Shown in pieces: positions 61,083 to 64,000 of a DNA stretch of 64,000 nt; the stretch's first letter is position 1; every line of letters starts with the position of its first letter. The notes under the pieces were generated by a model, which had not been told where the DNA came from, did not search any database, and saw only the letters and a list, made by a program, of their open reading frames with translations. This DNA comes from Dehalococcoidia bacterium (GTDB lineage Bacteria; Chloroflexota; Dehalococcoidia; E44-bin15). Position numbers and translations under genes: made by a program. The stretch lies in the NCBI GenBank assembly GCA_041649635.1, contig JBAZMV010000001.1, forward strand, positions 426,164-490,163, written 5' to 3'.

Positions 61083-61817
61083 TTACTTGGAGATCCTCTC
61101 GATGAATTTCTTGATCTCAGCGAAATACCCCTCGCCGCCCACGATGTAGTTATCGTTATGCATCGCCCCCGCGATGGCGCAGAACTTCTTTGGCTCGTTG
61201 GCTGCTTTAAACAGAGTATAACCCGATTCGAAGGGCACGACATCGTCATGATCGCCGTGCAGCATCAGCAACGGAGCTTTTACACGCTTTATCTTAGAAT
61301 ACGAATCATACTTCACTGAAAAAGCCTTCGGCGGCATCTCAAAAATATCGACGAGCGAAGTGAACGTGGCCTCCAGAATGAGACCCATAATCCTGTTCCT
61401 GCAGGCCAGATCGACGGCGATGGCCCCACCCAGCGACTGTCCAAAGATGATAATCCTATCCTCCTCGACATCCGGGCGCGAGCGCAGGTAGTCCAGGGCC
61501 CCATGCGCATCGCGATATGTCCCGTCCTCGGTGGGCCGCCCCTGGCTCCTGCCGTAGCCGCGGTAGTCGAAGATGAATATATTGACATCGAGCCTGTCGT
61601 GAAGCAGCTTCAATTGGTCCAGACGGTCGCCTATGTTGCCGGCGTTTCCGTGGCACCACAGCAATGTCTCGCGGCGGCTGCCGGGCACGAACCATCCGTG
61701 AAGTGTTAAAGCATCGGCCATTCTAAATGTAATATCCTCGAACTCCAGGCCCAGGTCGCCGGGCTGGCCCAGGAGTTCTTTCTCGGGATAGAAAATAGTG
61801 TCTTCCACCTGCATCAA
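61083..61817 (-). CDS. Alpha/beta hydrolase (prolyl oligopeptidase/DLH-like S9 family)
   Basis: HGNAGN, GYGRSQG and FGQSLGGA nucleophile-elbow motifs. Confidence 0.75.
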   Translation of the reverse strand: MMQVEDTIFYPEKELLGQPGDLGLEFEDITFRMADALTLHGWFVPGSRRETLLWCHGNAGNIGDRLDQLKLLHDRLDVNIFIFDYRGYGRSQGRPTEDGTYRDAHGALDYLRSRPDVEEDRIIIFGQSLGGAIAVDLACRNRIMGLILEATFTSLVDIFEMPPKAFSVKYDSYSKIKRVKAPLLMLHGDHDDVVPFESGYTLFKAANEPKKFCAIAGAMHNDNYIVGGEGYFAEIKKFIERISK

Positions 61818-61818
61818 A

Positions 61819-62697
61819 TCACCTCATTATCGCTACAAAGCTGTTTAACGGTACGCCCATGGAATCGGCAACAGGTTTGCACTTGGCCATGGAGCAGTGA
61901 AACACCTTGCCGGTCGGTGGCAACTCGGTAAGCCCCTCCCAGTGCCCCATCCCCTTGGCTATCACCAGGTCAGCGGCGGCGAACTCGCTCCTGAATTCTT
62001 GCGACGCCGCCTCGAACAAGACACCGGGAGCGTCGAGTCCCGTGGTTATTACGCGGCCAAGCCGCCCATCGAGGCCGGCGCGGCGCAGATCATCGATGGT
62101 GGCGTCGTTCTGGACAGGCGATCCCTTGACAACATATGTGACAGACACGAACTGCCTGAGCCATTTCACCAGCGGCAGGTCGAAAAATACTTCACCCGTG
62201 TTATCGGCGAGGAACATTAATGTTCTGGCCCCCTTCAGCCTTCGCTCGAAATCGGACGAATCATCAACTGCGAATGTTATCGGCGACTCGATGTCCTTCT
62301 TCACCTGCTCAAGGTCGCGGAAGAAATCTATGGCGTTGCCCGCCAGCGCCAGCGACAGATAAGACTTGAAATCGTTCGATGACGGAGCCCCAACCTGAGC
62401 GACAAGTGTACGGGAAAGCTCCATCTCCCGCTCCTTCATAGGAAGATATGGATCAGGATTTCCGGTGATATCCCGGACGACGCGGTGAATCCTGGTGGCG
62501 ACATCTATGGTCAGACAGTCAATGGAGAAGTGCTTGTCGAGCACTACCGTACCCGCCTCGATAGCCTCAGACCGTAAGGCGTGATCAGTCGTTGCATAAC
62601 TCGCCGCTTGACTCAGCAGCCGCGCCAGGCAGTCATAACATTCCGCTACAGCTTTCACTTTTTTATTATACGATAATATTGCCTGCGAGCAACACAA
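61819..62697 (-). CDS. DUF89/ARMT1-like damage-control phosphatase family protein
   Basis: N-terminal CxxC, then LADNTGE and KGMGHWE-type motifs. 292 aa. Confidence 0.5.
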   Translation of the reverse strand: MCCSQAILSYNKKVKAVAECYDCLARLLSQAASYATTDHALRSEAIEAGTVVLDKHFSIDCLTIDVATRIHRVVRDITGNPDPYLPMKEREMELSRTLVAQVGAPSSNDFKSYLSLALAGNAIDFFRDLEQVKKDIESPITFAVDDSSDFERRLKGARTLMFLADNTGEVFFDLPLVKWLRQFVSVTYVVKGSPVQNDATIDDLRRAGLDGRLGRVITTGLDAPGVLFEAASQEFRSEFAAADLVIAKGMGHWEGLTELPPTGKVFHCSMAKCKPVADSMGVPLNSFVAIMR

Positions 62698-62699
62698 AG

Positions 62700-63085
<386 letters not shown>

Positions 63086-63090
63086 AGATT

Positions 63091-63462
63091 ATGAATCGCA
63101 GAGAAACAGGCGCCATCGCGGAGAACATCGCCACAGACTATCTGTTAAAACGCGGCTACAAGATACGCGAGCGCAACTACCGCACCAGGGCCGGCGAGAT
63201 AGACATCATCGCATGGAAGGACGGTGCGCTCGTCTTTATAGAGGTGCGCGCCAAGACGGGCAAGTCGTTCGGCAGTGCTGAAGAGTCGATAACAGAGAGA
63301 AAGAAGAAGCGCCTCGTCGCACTGGCCGAGGCCTACCTGAGCGACACCGGCGAGCAGCCGGAGGCTTGCCGCATCGACTTAATAGCTATAGACCTGAACG
63401 CGAAAGGCGAGCTGCTGAGATTGAATCTTATCGAGAACGCCACGGGTTGGGCGACGACTTAA
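63091..63462 (+). CDS. yraN: YraN family (UPF0102) predicted endonuclease
   Basis: RGYKIRERNYRTRAGEIDIIA..VFIEVRA motif, 123 aa. Confidence 0.8.
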   Translation: MNRRETGAIAENIATDYLLKRGYKIRERNYRTRAGEIDIIAWKDGALVFIEVRAKTGKSFGSAEESITERKKKRLVALAEAYLSDTGEQPEACRIDLIAIDLNAKGELLRLNLIENATGWATT

Positions 63463-63557
63463 AGGTATTAACTGCCTTCACACTTAACCATAACCCTATT
63501 ACTATTTACCATATTGAGTCGATGTGCTAAAATTAACCCTCGGGAATTGAGTGTGTT

Positions 63558-63989
63558 ATGCCCGTTTACGAATATTTATGTAAAGATTGCAACCGCCGCG
63601 TCAGCATACTTTTGCGGAAGTTAGATACTAAACCCAAGTGCCCTATCTGCAAAGGAGAGAGGCTTGAACGCCGTTTCTCGCGTTTCGCCGTTCGCGGAAC
63701 CTACAAGGACATCTACGAAGACATCCTCGGCGACAACCAGCTTACCAGCGGCATGCTGAACAATGATCCCCGCGCCATGGCCGATTGGAACAAGCGCATG
63801 ATGCGCGGCATGGAAACCGGCCACGAGCCCACCGAGTACGACGAGCATCTTGAACGCATGGAAAAGGGCGAATGGCCCATGATACCCGGCGTAACCGCCC
63901 CCCGAACTCCTCCTCCCGATAAGTTGGAAGCAATGAAGGAAAAAGCCGAGAGGAAGAAGAAGGACAAGAAAGTCAAAGAGGACGATTAG
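63558..63989 (+). CDS. FmdB-family regulatory zinc-ribbon protein with acidic/basic C-terminal tail
   Basis: MPVYEYLCKDC...CPICKG N-terminal CxxC-x17-CxxC, 143 aa. Confidence 0.7.
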   Translation: MPVYEYLCKDCNRRVSILLRKLDTKPKCPICKGERLERRFSRFAVRGTYKDIYEDILGDNQLTSGMLNNDPRAMADWNKRMMRGMETGHEPTEYDEHLERMEKGEWPMIPGVTAPRTPPPDKLEAMKEKAERKKKDKKVKEDD

Positions 63990-64000
63990 GGAATATGCCC

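Overview
Analysis by eye, no tools run. About 58-60% GC bacterial chromosome fragment with three kinds of content. (1) Housekeeping genes: partial gdh, GNAT, typA/bipA, rsmA(ksgA)-ispE, galU, lepA, thiL-tsaE-tsaB, ndk, rsfS, rnhB, yraN, two tRNAs. (2) A surface-glycan/protein-glycosylation region of ~22 kb: ugd, NAD-epimerases, GtrB-like polyprenyl-P glycosyltransferase, two GT4, methyltransferase, AsnB-like amidotransferase, TagF-like polyol-phosphotransferase + LicC-like nucleotidyltransferase + SDR, Wzx-like flippase, two GT-C (GT39/ArnT/PMT-like) membrane glycosyltransferases flanking a 757-aa secreted protein, Rmd/Gmd-like reductase. It contains a sharply AT-rich sub-island (~26.3-33.8 kb, locally 25-40% GC) and a hicBA pair. 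(3) An unusually dense mosaic of short perfect-hairpin repeat modules, at least 10 families here called A-J, recombined in variable order and orientation. They fill nearly every intergenic gap (~9 kb, ~14% of the window), make many spurious ORFs in the six-frame track, and in one case sit in-frame inside ispE. Also present: a 2645-aa hybrid sensor kinase with ~16 PAS modules, a candidate c-di-GMP-I (GEMM) riboswitch in front of a Gly-rich surface protein, tandem CAP-domain paralogs, tandem 4-TM paralogs, three PaaI-like thioesterase paralogs, a small tRNA-Leu/tRNA-Lys-bounded islet of unknown genes, and two genes whose only sensible starts are non-canonical codons (CTG, ATT) behind strong Shine-Dalgarno sites. 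Repeat families: A=ATAGGGGACACCCCTAT+AACCCCGTCAGGAG-Nn-CTCCTG; B=TCAACCCCCTGyw-ATCCCCCAAnnnTGGGGGAT; C=GTAGGGGCGAA-Nn-TTCGCCCCTAC (variants GTAGGGGCACGGCATGCCGTGCCC, GTAGGGGCAATTCATGAATTGCCCCTAC); D=GTAGGGTGGGTTCGCAAACCCACC; E=GTCATTCCGGCGAAGGCCGGAATCC; F=GTCATTGCGAGTCCTTCC-Nn-GGAAGGACGTGGCAATCTC; G=CCCTCTCCCTnnAGGGAGAGGGTCAGGGTGAGGGT; H=CCCCCTCTTTTTAGAAGAGGGGGTAAGGGGG; I=ATATGCTGTTGAAGGTGTTCTTCACCTTCAACAAT; J=TCCTTCCATATGCCTTAATGTCATGGAAGGA.
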